Below, piece by piece: positions 1 to 9,334 of a stretch of DNA of 64,000 nucleotides (its first letter is position 1; every line of letters begins with the position of its first letter). The DNA comes from Candidatus Rokuibacteriota bacterium (GTDB lineage Bacteria; Methylomirabilota; Methylomirabilia; Rokubacteriales; CSP1-6). Below the pieces are notes generated by a model. That model was not told the origin of the DNA. It saw nothing but the letters and a program-made list of their open reading frames with translations, and made no database searches. Location: positions 30,859 to 94,858 of the forward strand of contig JACQWC010000221.1 in NCBI GenBank assembly GCA_016209635.1, read 5' to 3'. A program made the translations under genes and the position numbers.

Positions 1-1002
1 ATCGGGCAGGCGGACGCTCAGCAGGAAGTCGAGCATCCTTGCGACCCGCGCCGAGACTGCGGCAGGGATCGGCCACGCGTTCCTCGCTCCCAGGATCAGG
101 AAGTGGAGATAGATCTCGAGCGTGTACCGCTGGTAGCCGGTCGACTGCTCGAAGTAGACGCCGTCAGGCAGGATCTGCCGCTCGGACTGGTCGACCAGGA
201 TCCGCCCGCCGAGCGCGCGCCAGCGCTCCGCGAGGGGCAGGTCCGGGAAGAGCAGCCCGGCGTAGAAGAGGCCGAGGGCCTCGCCCGTGAGATGCGTGTT
301 CGGTGAGAAGTAGTAGGAGAGATACCGCTCCACGTGGGCGGCGTGGGTCCAGATCCCCTCGACCATGCGGGCGAACAACTCCGGGGATAGCGCCGGGGAC
401 TCGCGGAAGAGGAAGAGGCTCCAGCACCACGAGATCAGGCGTAGCGCGACCTCGAGGCTCGACGCCCAGTTGATCCCCGTCCCGGGAGGGTTGGCGTCCA
501 TCCACTGCCGGATGTACGCGGCGAAGGCGTCCGCGTAGCGCCCGTCCCCGGTCAGCCGGTAAGCCTGCCCGAGGCGAATCAGCCACTGGTGCCGGTTCAG
601 CTCCCAGATGACCTTGCTGTCCCCGACCAGAGTCGGATCGAGAGGATCGAGCCGGCTCCAGTGAACAAGCGGCGCCCGCCGGCCGGCGACCGGGTCGAGG
701 TCCCAGTCGACCGGCTTGCCGAAGCGGAGCCCCGAGTACCCGAGGAGATCGAAGCTGCCGCGGCACACGGCCTCCGCCGCGTTCACGACCTCGTCCCGGG
801 CAGCGGGCATCCGGTCGATCAGGAGCCGTGGTGTTCCCTCACTCACCGCCCCTTCGAAGAACCGGCGCGGGCCAAAGGCGCGAAACCGCTCGACGTCGAT
901 GGGGTGGCGAAGCCTGGGGCCGTTCCGCTTGATCGCGCCGGCCCGTTCGAGCCACTTCGACGCCTCCTGCCGGCCCCGGCAGACCAGCTCGTTGATGCCC
1001 AT
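1..1002 (-). CDS. Heparinase II/III-like (alginate-lyase superfamily) protein, N-terminal 334 codons; the C-terminus runs off the window
   Basis: Absent from the ORF track because there is no stop inside the window. Hand translation from ATG at 1002: MGINELVCRGRQEASKWLERAGAIKRNGPRLRHPIDVERFRAFGPRRFFEG...TGINWASSLEVALRLISWCW... The frame is open to position 1 with high GC3. The NWASSLEVALR-x-ISW block matches my memory of heparinase II/III N-terminal domains. It starts 20 nt downstream of the GT4 stop on the same strand. Confidence 0.6.
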   Translation of the reverse strand, partial: MGINELVCRGRQEASKWLERAGAIKRNGPRLRHPIDVERFRAFGPRRFFEGAVSEGTPRLLIDRMPAARDEVVNAAEAVCRGSFDLLGYSGLRFGKPVDWDLDPVAGRRAPLVHWSRLDPLDPTLVGDSKVIWELNRHQWLIRLGQAYRLTGDGRYADAFAAYIRQWMDANPPGTGINWASSLEVALRLISWCWSLFLFRESPALSPELFARMVEGIWTHAAHVERYLSYYFSPNTHLTGEALGLFYAGLLFPDLPLAERWRALGGRILVDQSERQILPDGVYFEQSTGYQRYTLEIYLHFLILGARNAWPIPAAVSARVARMLDFLLSVRLPD

Positions 1003-1022
1003 GCGCGGCAGGCGCGCCCGTC

Positions 1023-2081
1023 TCACGCGGGCGCTCCCGCGTACACGGCCGCCCACTGGTCACGCACCCGCGGCCAGCTGTAGGCCTCCACCCGCTCTCG
1101 GGCGGCGCGGGCGATGCCGAGCGCCAGCTCCGGGTGCTGGAGGAGAGCCGTCACGGCCTTGGCCATCGCCGACGGATCTCCGGCCGGAACGACGAGCCCC
1201 GTCTCACCGTCGCGCACGAGCGCCGCGATGTCCCCCGTCGCCGTGGAGACGACCGGAAGTCCCGCCGCGAACGCTTCCAGCACCGACACCGGCTGGTTGT
1301 CGACGATCGAGGAGTTGACGAAGATGTCGGCCTCGTCGTACAGGCCCGACATCGCCACCGGCGCCACACGTCCCACGAAGCGGATCCCGTCGGTTCCGAG
1401 CGCCGCCGCGAGCCGCAGGAGCCGCGCCCGCTCGCTTCCGTCACCCGCGAGTGTCAGCGTCGCCTCGGGGTAACGCACCCTCAGCAGCGCGAACGCCTCC
1501 AGCGTGTTCTCGACGCGGTAGTGAGGCTCGAGGTTCCTCGAGGAGACGAGCCGCGGGCTCAGCGACGCCCGTTCCCGATAACGGAAGCGCGCGGGGTCCA
1601 CGACGTTCCGGACGACTCGGGCCCGATAGCCGTGGTACGCGAAGACCGCGCGGAGATACTCGGACGGAACGACGATCTCCTGCACCCGGCGCAGGCACGG
1701 ATGGACGAGCACTCCCCAGCGTGCGAGATGGTCCGCCGCCTCGCCGCTGTGGTAGTGGAGCACCGTCCGCTTCCCGGACCCTCGCGCCGCCAGAATCGCC
1801 GGCGCCACGGCGAGCAGGAACGACCAGTACGACGCCGAGAAGATGTGGACGACGTCGGCGCGGCGGAGCCGGCTGAGGCTCGGAAGGTAGAGCGCCTGGT
1901 TGAGCAGGCTGCGCGCGTACGGCCAGCGCCGGACCCAAGCGAGCCCGCGCGGGAACTGCGGGTCGACGGGGACGAACGCGACCTCGTGGCCCGCCTCCCG
2001 AAGCCCGACGGCGAGCGCCTGCGCCTGGACCGACTGGCCGCCCACGATCTCCGGGCTTGCCGCGACCAGCGCGATCCTCAC
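1023..2081 (-). CDS. Glycosyltransferase family 4
   Basis: C-terminal 352 aa of track ORF 1023..2672; the upstream part of that ORF is Arg-rich shadow. GTG at 2081 overlaps the upstream TGA (GTGA). Sequence VRIALVAASPEIVGGQSVQAQ...; GT4 tail EAFAAGLPVVSTATGDIAALVRDGETGLVV. Confidence 0.85.
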   Translation of the reverse strand: MRIALVAASPEIVGGQSVQAQALAVGLREAGHEVAFVPVDPQFPRGLAWVRRWPYARSLLNQALYLPSLSRLRRADVVHIFSASYWSFLLAVAPAILAARGSGKRTVLHYHSGEAADHLARWGVLVHPCLRRVQEIVVPSEYLRAVFAYHGYRARVVRNVVDPARFRYRERASLSPRLVSSRNLEPHYRVENTLEAFALLRVRYPEATLTLAGDGSERARLLRLAAALGTDGIRFVGRVAPVAMSGLYDEADIFVNSSIVDNQPVSVLEAFAAGLPVVSTATGDIAALVRDGETGLVVPAGDPSAMAKAVTALLQHPELALGIARAARERVEAYSWPRVRDQWAAVYAGAPA

Positions 2082-4120
2082 GGATGAACCTCGAAGGCGT
2101 CCACCCATACCCACGCGCCCCCCGACGCCGGGTTGTGGCGGCCTGTCACCTCGATCGTGAGCGTGTGGGGACCTGGCGCCAGGCCGCTCAGCGTGACGAT
2201 CCGGGCCTGCGCGTCGCCGAACGGCGCATAGGTGTCGACCTCCACCCGGAACGTCCCGTCGACGTAGACCTGCGCGAAGCCGGACCACTGGTCGCGGTAG
2301 CCGATCCAGCTCACTGCGGTCCCCGTGAAGCTGAAGGTGGCCCGACACCCCGGGTTCGTGGCCAGCGCCGCGCCGCCGCCGCTGTGGAGTGGGACGGAGT
2401 TCGTGTACCACGTCACGTCCACGGGGCAGCCCAGGCCCACACCCGCGTCGTCCTGTTCGAGGCGCGTGACAACATCGATGGCGTCGATCCAGATCCACGA
2501 CCCTCCTGACGCCACGTTGTGAGCGCCGGTCGCCTCGATCGTCAGGGTGTGGATGCCCGGGGCGAGCCCGCTGGTCGAGAAGAGCAACGCCTGGGGCTGC
2601 GCGGTCGCCGCGTAGGTGTCCACGGTCGCCTTGAGCACCCCGTCCACATAGACCAGCGCGATGCCCGACCACTGGTCCCGATAGCCGACCCAGCTCACCG
2701 CCGTGCCCGTGAACGCGAAGCTCGCCTGCGCGCCGAGATCCATCGCGAGCACGGCGCTGCCGCCGCTGTGGAACGCATTCGTGTTCGTGTACCAGGCGCC
2801 GGCGTAGGCCGCCACCGGGGTGTCCTGCTCGACCCGCGTCGCGACCGGGTCGACCGAGCCCGCCGACGACGGCGCTGCCGAGGTGAGATCGATCAGATAG
2901 ACATCGGAGTACTCGCTCGGCGCTCCCAGAATCGCCTGCGACCCGTAGTTGCTGCTGTAGACCACCTTGCTGCCGTCGCGACTCACCGCCGCCCGGGGCG
3001 TGAAGTAGTAGCCGTTGAAGGGCCGGCTCCGATGCTGCGCGAGCCGCCGGACCTCGGAGCCGTCGAGCTTCACCTGGAGGATCTCGTTCGTGTACGCCGT
3101 CCAGCCGCCGAGCGGCCCAGGGTCGCTCGGCGCGTAGGTGCTGACGATGACCCAGCCGTTGCCGTCGGGTGCCGACACGTGCGCGGCAAGGCTCCAGTCC
3201 AGGGAGAGCAGGCAGGACTGCTGGCCGTCCGCCAGCCGCACCTTCACGACGCTGTTCGGGCAGGTCGCCGCGGGGTCACCCGCGTTGACCCACACCATCA
3301 CCTCGTCGCCGTTGACGTCGCGTGTGACGTCCAGGTGGCCGGCCGCCGTCGTGAGCTGTCGGAGGAAGCTCATGTCGCGGTCGTACAGCTCGACGCCGCT
3401 GAAGCGGCTGGGCCCGGCCTGATACCACGTCACGATCACATTGTGGTCCGGCGTGAGCGCGACCCCGTCCACGAGACCGGGGCCGCCGACGTCCAGCACA
3501 GGCCCCTTCGTGTCGGTGCTGATCTCGTACACGAAGACGTACCGGTTGTCCCCCACGAGGACAAGATGGTCGCCGTCGAAGCAGATGTCGGATTCGCCGA
3601 AGCCACTGATCTCGGTGTACTCGCTGAAGGTGTGCACGACCGAACTCTGGCCCGTGGCGGCGTCGTGCCGCTCGAGCCGATTCCCCCAGGGGTGGTAATA
3701 GAGCACGTTCGGGTCGAGCCGCGACCATCGCGGCTCGCTCGATGCGGTCACGTCGAACGGCAGATCCCGCAGATAGTTCCCGTTGCCGTCGTAGAGCGCA
3801 AAGTAGCTCTGGTGCTGGACGAGAATCCTCGAGTTGTCGCTGTTGAAGGGCGACATTGTGGCGTACTCGTTCGTGATCAGCGTGAGGTTTCCGCTGTCGG
3901 CGGCGTCGGGCCAGTCCAGGGCGTCGGATATCCGCTTGATGGACGTTCCGAAGGCCGGGTCCAGGTAGCTGGCACCGACGACCGGCGCTCGAAAGATGAA
4001 GTAGTCCATCGGCGCGTAGGAGACCCCGTCGGTGACGTAGGCGAAGGCCGTCCCCTGGACGCAGGCCAGGGCAAAGAGCGCCAGAAGGAGTGGGCGTCGG
4101 ATCAGGTGCCGCATGGTCAT
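2078..4120 (-). CDS. Secreted beta-propeller protein with two tandem C-terminal carbohydrate-binding-like modules
   Basis: 680 aa. Signal peptide MTMRHLIRRPLLLALFALACVQGTAFA. Central TolB/oligogalacturonate-lyase-like propeller repeats. Two ~125-aa repeats each carry WYTN...HSGG...F(S/A)FTGTAVSW(V/I)GYRDQWSG...VYVDG...DTYA...LAPG.HTLTIE.TG.HN.ASGG.W.W(I/V)DA. Confidence 0.8.
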   Translation of the reverse strand: MTMRHLIRRPLLLALFALACVQGTAFAYVTDGVSYAPMDYFIFRAPVVGASYLDPAFGTSIKRISDALDWPDAADSGNLTLITNEYATMSPFNSDNSRILVQHQSYFALYDGNGNYLRDLPFDVTASSEPRWSRLDPNVLYYHPWGNRLERHDAATGQSSVVHTFSEYTEISGFGESDICFDGDHLVLVGDNRYVFVYEISTDTKGPVLDVGGPGLVDGVALTPDHNVIVTWYQAGPSRFSGVELYDRDMSFLRQLTTAAGHLDVTRDVNGDEVMVWVNAGDPAATCPNSVVKVRLADGQQSCLLSLDWSLAAHVSAPDGNGWVIVSTYAPSDPGPLGGWTAYTNEILQVKLDGSEVRRLAQHRSRPFNGYYFTPRAAVSRDGSKVVYSSNYGSQAILGAPSEYSDVYLIDLTSAAPSSAGSVDPVATRVEQDTPVAAYAGAWYTNTNAFHSGGSAVLAMDLGAQASFAFTGTAVSWVGYRDQWSGIALVYVDGVLKATVDTYAATAQPQALLFSTSGLAPGIHTLTIEATGAHNVASGGSWIWIDAIDVVTRLEQDDAGVGLGCPVDVTWYTNSVPLHSGGGAALATNPGCRATFSFTGTAVSWIGYRDQWSGFAQVYVDGTFRVEVDTYAPFGDAQARIVTLSGLAPGPHTLTIEVTGRHNPASGGAWVWVDAFEVHP
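2081..2850 (-). repeat. Tandem duplication of a ~125-codon module inside the CDS 2078..4120
   Basis: Unit 1 (ATRVEQD...IWIDAIDV) and unit 2 (VTRLEQD...VWVDAFEVHP) align along their whole length at protein level and visibly at DNA level. Boundaries are approximate. Confidence 0.6.
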
Positions 4121-4135
4121 GCCGGCGGCGGCCCG

Positions 4136-4831
4136 TTACCGCGCCAAGCGCGCCGCCAGAAAGGCTGCGTCGCTCGCCCCGTGGAGCTGCACGTCCACAC
4201 GCGACCTCCCGCCGACCCGGCGGAGCCGCGTCGCGGCCACGGCGCGGAAGCCGGCCTTTTCGACGGCGCGCCGGGTCGGCAGGTTCGCCCCCTCGACCTT
4301 GGTCAAGATGGCGCCGACCCCCTCCGTGGCGAGCGCGCTGGCGACCGCCGACCACGCCGCCGGCGCGATGCCCAGCCCCCGGTAGCTCGGCGACGTGACC
4401 GAGTCCTCCAGACCGACCATGCCGCGCGGCAGCGCGAGCCAGCCACCACACGCCGCCAGCACCGGCATCCGCTTGGCGAAGATCCAGCAGGCGAACACCG
4501 CCCGAGCCGCGTCGCGGACCAGCCACGGGTCGGCGCCAGCGGCGAGGCGTCGCCGGGCCTCTCGAAGGCCGACCGTCGGGAGCTCGGCGAGCAGCGCGAG
4601 GTCCTCGTCCTTCGCCCGGATGATCTCCATTCCCGGCGGAAGCTCGATCCCGGAGCATGTGCGGCCCACGTCGAGCCGGTACCAGATATGCCACTCCTCG
4701 AGATAGACCAGCCTGGCGAGGAGTGCGAGCGCGAGGCGAATGCTGCCGCCGAGCCCGTGTCGATGCAGGCCCCGGTGGAGGCTCGCGACGGCCTCAGCCC
4801 CGCTGCGTCGCTCGAGGGATGCCACGCTCAT
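4136..4831 (-). CDS. GNAT family N-acetyltransferase
   Basis: Internal ATG at 4831, 13 nt after the epimerase stop, with GAGGGG upstream. GNAT core ...VTSPSYRGLGIAPAAWSAVASALATEGVGAILTKVEGANLPTRRAVEKAGF. Confidence 0.75.
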   Translation of the reverse strand: MSVASLERRSGAEAVASLHRGLHRHGLGGSIRLALALLARLVYLEEWHIWYRLDVGRTCSGIELPPGMEIIRAKDEDLALLAELPTVGLREARRRLAAGADPWLVRDAARAVFACWIFAKRMPVLAACGGWLALPRGMVGLEDSVTSPSYRGLGIAPAAWSAVASALATEGVGAILTKVEGANLPTRRAVEKAGFRAVAATRLRRVGGRSRVDVQLHGASDAAFLAARLAR

Positions 4832-4840
4832 GACCACAGG
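4781..4840 (-). repeat. Copy A of a ~60-bp repeat spanning a gene start (GNAT)
   Basis: About 47 of 60 positions are identical to 5820..5879, including an exact 13-mer CTCGAGGGATGCC. It encodes M-S-V-ASLERRSGAEAVA. Confidence 0.6.
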
Positions 4841-4844
4841 CCCC

Positions 4845-5873
4845 TCACGCGCTCGACGCCGCCAACACCGGCGCGAACAACCCAGCGTCCAGAGCTGCAA
4901 CAGTCCGTCGGAGCCCCGCGTCGAAGCCCACGAGGGGGACGTACCCGAGCAGCCGTTTGCCCTTCGACACGTCCGCCAGCGAGTGCGGCACGTCGCCTGG
5001 CCGCGACGGCGTATGTCGCCGCTCGAGCCGCCGCCCGAGGATCGCCTCCAGCTTCTCGATGATCGCGAGCAGGCTGACCCGCTCGCCGCAGCCGACGTTG
5101 AAGATTTCGCCGCCGACCGCAGGCGCCCGCGCCGCCAGCACGTTCGCCTCGACGACGTTGTCGATGTAGGTGAAGTCGCGCGACTGCGTGCCGTCGCCGT
5201 GGACCTCCAAGGGCTCCCCCCGCAGCCCCCACACGATGAATCGGGGGATCACCGCGGCGTACTCCGAGGCCGGGTCCTGGCGCGGCCCGAACACGTTGAA
5301 GTATCTGAGCCCGACCGCCTCCACGTCGTAGAGCTGGCTCCAGACCGCCGCATACTGCTCGCCCGCGGCCTTCGACGCACCGTAAGGCGAGATCGGCGCC
5401 GGCGGCTGGTCCTCGCGCTTCGGCAGGTCGGGCCGATGGCCGTACACCGCCGACGAGGATGCGTACACGACGCGGGTGACGCCCGCGCGCCGCGCCGCCT
5501 CGAGCACGTGCAGCGTGCCCGTCACGTTGCTCTCGTTCGCGCCCAGCGGATCCTTCACCGACAGCGGCACCGAGCGCATCGCCGCTTCGTGGAAGACGAC
5601 ATCCACGTCCACCATCGCGCGCTCGACCAGGTCGAGATCGCGGATGTCGCCGTCGATGACTTCCAGCCGCGCGCGGACGGCGGGGGCGAAGTCGAGGTTC
5701 GCGCGCGTGCCCGTCGAGAAGTTGTCGAGGACCCGCACTCGCGCCCCATCGCGGAGCAACCGTTCGGCGAGGTGCGAGCCGATGAATCCCGCACCGCCGG
5801 TGATGAGGGAGACGCGTTGCCTCGCGACCGCCTCGGTCGCGCCGCGCCCCTCGAGGGATGCCGCGCTCGTCAT
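4845..5873 (-). CDS. NAD-dependent sugar-nucleotide 4-epimerase (WbpP/TviC-like)
   Basis: LITGGAGFIGSHL Rossmann motif, LDNFSTGTRANL, YGASKAAGEQY catalytic YxxxK. ATG at 5873 has GAGG 8 nt upstream. The track start at 5891 is a GTG alternative. Confidence 0.9.
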   Translation of the reverse strand: MTSAASLEGRGATEAVARQRVSLITGGAGFIGSHLAERLLRDGARVRVLDNFSTGTRANLDFAPAVRARLEVIDGDIRDLDLVERAMVDVDVVFHEAAMRSVPLSVKDPLGANESNVTGTLHVLEAARRAGVTRVVYASSSAVYGHRPDLPKREDQPPAPISPYGASKAAGEQYAAVWSQLYDVEAVGLRYFNVFGPRQDPASEYAAVIPRFIVWGLRGEPLEVHGDGTQSRDFTYIDNVVEANVLAARAPAVGGEIFNVGCGERVSLLAIIEKLEAILGRRLERRHTPSRPGDVPHSLADVSKGKRLLGYVPLVGFDAGLRRTVAALDAGLFAPVLAASSA

Positions 5874-5879
5874 CGCAGG
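5820..5879 (-). repeat. Copy B of the ~60-bp gene-start repeat (epimerase)
   Basis: See 4781..4840. It encodes M-T-S-A-ASLEGRGATEAVA. Confidence 0.6.
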
Positions 5880-5883
5880 AACC

Positions 5884-7803
5884 TCAGCCACCCGACGCCC
5901 CCAGCACCGACGTGGGCCGTGGGGACCGCCTCGATCCGGGCCGCGCTGTCCGGTCGAGGAACGTCCGGCACCACTGCTCGAAGCAGATCAGCGTCCAGAG
6001 CTGGAGATCGAGCGGTCGGCCGCGCCGGTGCTGCTCGAGGAGGGTCTCGACGCATGCCGGGTCGAAGATCCCCCGCTGCCGGCTCCGCCCCGAGAGCAGG
6101 AGGTCCCGAAGGAAGTCGGCGAGTGGTCCCCTGAACCAGTGCGCGAGCGGGACGGCAAAGCCCTGCTTGGGTCGATCGATGATCTCGTCGGCCAGGACCC
6201 CTCGCATCGCGCGCTTCAGGAGCTGTTTCGTGCGTCCATGGCGAAGCTGCATCTCGGGCGGGATGGTGGCGGCAAACTCGACCAGCTTGTGGTCCAGGAG
6301 CGGGACGCGCGCCTCGAGCGAATGCGCCATGCTCATCCGATCGACCTTCGTCAGGATGTCCAGCGGCAGATACCGCTTCAGATCGAAGTACTGGAGCGCC
6401 GCCAGCCAGCCGCCGGGCGCCCGGGCCAGGCATTCCGCCTCGTCCCGCCACGGGTCGCAGCCCGAGAGCATCGCGCCCGCCTCGGGCGCGAACAGACGCG
6501 CGTGCTCGTGGCGTCGGAAGAGGGTCACCGCATCGAGGTACCGCTGCCAGCCATCGAGCGAGAAGTGGCGCAGGGAGTTCCGGCCCCGCATTCCTTCGGG
6601 CATGAGCCCGCCCGCCGTCGCGAGCGCCCACCGGAGCGGCGCCGGCAGCGCTCCGTACCGCCGCTCGCTCCACTCGACCCGATACTTGTCGTAGCCGGCG
6701 AAGAGCTCGTCGCCCCCGTCGCCGGACAGGACAACGGTCACCTCCTCGGCCGCCAGCTTCGAGACCAGGTACGTCGGGATCGCCGAAGAGTCGCCGAACG
6801 GCTCGTCGAGGTGCCAGACGAGGCTCTCGATCACCTCCAACGCCGCAGGCTCGACCAGCAGCTCCCGGTGCTCGATCCCGAGCCGCTCGGCGACTCGCCG
6901 CGCGTGGGGTCGTTCGTCGTAGGCGCCTTCCCGAAACCCGATCGAGAAGGTCTTCAGCGGGCCCGGAGCGACCCGCGCCATGGTGGCCACGACCGAGCTC
7001 GAGTCGATCCCGCCCGAAAGGAACGCGCCCAGCGGGACGTCGCTGGTGAGATGCAGACGGACGGACTCTTCGAGCAGATCGCGGAGCCGCTCGACGAAGT
7101 ACGACTCGCCATGATGGCGATCCGGCTCGAAGGTCACGTCCCAGTACTGCCGCGGGCGCGGCGTCACGCCCTCACCGACGATGAGGAGGTGGCCGGGCTC
7201 GAGCTTTCGGACACCGGCGATGACACTCTCCGCCGATGGTGTCGTCAAGAACGCGAAGACCCGGCCCAGCGCGTTCCAGTCGAGTCGCCGCTCGACGTCG
7301 GGCGACTGGAGAATCGCCTTGAGCTCGGAGGCGAACAGCAACCGCCCGTTGACCTCGGTGTAGTACAGCGGCTTGATCCCCAGCCGGTCGCGGGCGATGA
7401 GCGCCTGTCGCCGTCGCTTGTCCCACAGCGCGAACGCGAACATGCCGCGCAGGTGGTCGACACAGGCGGCGCCGTACTCCTCGTACAGGTGGACGATCGT
7501 CTCCGTGTCGGTGGCCGTGTAGAACGAATGGCCGCGATCTTTCAGGTCGCGCCGCAATGTCTTGAAGTTGTAGATCTCGCCGTTGAGCACGACCCAGACC
7601 GAGCCGTCCTCGTTCCTGACCGGCTGGCTCCCCGTCTCCAGGTCGATGATGCTCAGGCGGCGCATGGCGAGCCCGACGCCCTCGCTGGTGTAGAGCCCCT
7701 CGGCGTCGGGCCCACGGTGCGTCATGACCTCGCACATCGAGAAGAGCTCTGCGGCGGAGACCGGCCGCCCGTTGAGGCTCACGACACCTGCGATGCCGCA
7801 CAT
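5884..7803 (-). CDS. Asparagine synthase (glutamine-hydrolysing) family amidotransferase, EPS-associated paralog
   Basis: 639 aa. N-terminal MCGIAG Ntn-amidotransferase start; SGGIDSS PP-loop. Confidence 0.92.
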   Translation of the reverse strand: MCGIAGVVSLNGRPVSAAELFSMCEVMTHRGPDAEGLYTSEGVGLAMRRLSIIDLETGSQPVRNEDGSVWVVLNGEIYNFKTLRRDLKDRGHSFYTATDTETIVHLYEEYGAACVDHLRGMFAFALWDKRRRQALIARDRLGIKPLYYTEVNGRLLFASELKAILQSPDVERRLDWNALGRVFAFLTTPSAESVIAGVRKLEPGHLLIVGEGVTPRPRQYWDVTFEPDRHHGESYFVERLRDLLEESVRLHLTSDVPLGAFLSGGIDSSSVVATMARVAPGPLKTFSIGFREGAYDERPHARRVAERLGIEHRELLVEPAALEVIESLVWHLDEPFGDSSAIPTYLVSKLAAEEVTVVLSGDGGDELFAGYDKYRVEWSERRYGALPAPLRWALATAGGLMPEGMRGRNSLRHFSLDGWQRYLDAVTLFRRHEHARLFAPEAGAMLSGCDPWRDEAECLARAPGGWLAALQYFDLKRYLPLDILTKVDRMSMAHSLEARVPLLDHKLVEFAATIPPEMQLRHGRTKQLLKRAMRGVLADEIIDRPKQGFAVPLAHWFRGPLADFLRDLLLSGRSRQRGIFDPACVETLLEQHRRGRPLDLQLWTLICFEQWCRTFLDRTARPGSRRSPRPTSVLGASGG

Positions 7804-7816
7804 CGTCCTCGTCCCC

Positions 7817-9334
7817 CTAGCCCCTGGACCGCGCCGCCACTCGTCCGTCCGCGACCGGCCGACGCCGCCACCCGGTCAGCGCCGTGCGCTCCGTCTCGCC
7901 GAGCAAGCCCAGCCGGAGCACCAGCGCCAGGTAGACGACGCCTGTCGCCACGGTCGCCGCGGTCAGGCCCGACCAGCCGGCGTCGCCCACGGACGACCTC
8001 GCCGCCAGTCCCACCAGCGCCGCGAGCGTCGCGGCGGTCGCGGTGGTACCGAGGCTCCGCCACGGCAGGAGCCCGGCGAGGCCCACTCCCATCAGCCCCC
8101 GCATCCTGGCCAGCGCGAGGCACTTCGCGACCGCGGTCGCGAGCACCGTGACGAGCATTGCGCCCGGCAGCTGGAAGACCGCGATGAGTGGAGCGATCAG
8201 CGCGGCGATGAGCACGAGCCGGACCGCGTTCAGCAGCAGCAAGAACCCTGTTTGCGCGTACACGCGCAGCACCGCATCCGTGGCCAGGACGGCGAGCCCG
8301 ATGACCGTGGTCGCGATCATGAACACCGGAACGCTCGCCCGGTACTGCTCGGTGAAGAGCAGCACAATCAGGTCCGGCGCCCCCACCAGGAGCACGCCCA
8401 CGAGCGGAAAGAAGACCACGGCCAGCTTGCGGGTCGCGTCGTGCCAGATCTCGAGCACCCGGTCGGCGCGCGCCTCCCGCACCGCCTCCGCCATCCGCAC
8501 CATCAGCACGTTGCCGGCCGACATCGCCACGAGGTCGACGAACGGGATCTGCAGGCACCCGACCGCGTAGACGGCGAACGTCGCCGCGTCGAAGCGGTAG
8601 GCGACCGCGTACTGGTGGAAGTTGGCCTGTACGATCTCGAGCAGGACGGCGAGCCCGAACGGGCCCGCATAGGTGAGCTGCCTCGCCAGGAGCGCCCGAT
8701 CCACGCGCAGCGTGGCCCGGAACGCGCACCCGAAGTAGCCGAGCGCCGCGGCGGCCCGGACGAGGGCGAACACGACCGCGCCGGCCACCACCGCGTCGAG
8801 ACGCCCCAGCAGCAGCGCCGGCACCGTCAGGCTGGCGGCTCGCAGCACGTCGGAGGCCCCATAGCACGCCGAGGCCGCGAGGTAGCGGCGTCGGGCGGTC
8901 ATCACGATCTCGAGCCCGGCCGAGCCCAGCATCAGCGCGAGGAACGCCGCGATCGGCCCGAGGTGAAGGGACAGCGTGTCGTTAGAGAGCCAGCCGGCGA
9001 TCGTCACGCCTGCGGTCGCGAGCAGCGCGCCGCACGCCGCCCCCATGACGGCGAGAACCAGGAGCGAGTTGGCGACGTACCTCCCCGTCGCCGCCCCGGC
9101 CGCGGGGACGAAGTAGAAGAGGCTCTCGGCCATGCCGACCTGCGCGATGTAGTAGAGGGTCGAGAACACGAGGAAGAGTTGCTTGTAGGTGCCGAACTCG
9201 GTCTGGTCGAAGACCCGCGCCAGGACGACGGGAGTGAAGAACGTCGCCACGAACGCCAGGGTCCGCCCCGACATCAGGAGGAGCGCCGGTCGGAACGTCG
9301 AGTCCGTTGCGCGCGTGTCACGCATCAGGGGCAT
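7817..9334 (-). CDS. Wzx-like polysaccharide flippase (MOP superfamily)
   Basis: 505 aa, polytopic. N-terminal ...LLLMSGRTLAFVATFFTPVVLARVFDQTEFGTYKQLFL... is typical of oligosaccharide flippases. Alternative ATG at 9325. Confidence 0.85.
   Translation of the reverse strand: MPLMRDTRATDSTFRPALLLMSGRTLAFVATFFTPVVLARVFDQTEFGTYKQLFLVFSTLYYIAQVGMAESLFYFVPAAGAATGRYVANSLLVLAVMGAACGALLATAGVTIAGWLSNDTLSLHLGPIAAFLALMLGSAGLEIVMTARRRYLAASACYGASDVLRAASLTVPALLLGRLDAVVAGAVVFALVRAAAALGYFGCAFRATLRVDRALLARQLTYAGPFGLAVLLEIVQANFHQYAVAYRFDAATFAVYAVGCLQIPFVDLVAMSAGNVLMVRMAEAVREARADRVLEIWHDATRKLAVVFFPLVGVLLVGAPDLIVLLFTEQYRASVPVFMIATTVIGLAVLATDAVLRVYAQTGFLLLLNAVRLVLIAALIAPLIAVFQLPGAMLVTVLATAVAKCLALARMRGLMGVGLAGLLPWRSLGTTATAATLAALVGLAARSSVGDAGWSGLTAATVATGVVYLALVLRLGLLGETERTALTGWRRRPVADGRVAARSRG

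Noticed and set aside
2519-8151. Very long plus-strand ORFs (2519..5062, 847 aa; 4740..6134; 5476..8151, 891 aa)
   Set aside because: They are Arg/Pro/Gly/Asp-rich, low-complexity translations antisense to well-supported minus-strand genes (propeller, GNAT, epimerase, AsnB-like). These are typical shadow ORFs of high-GC DNA.
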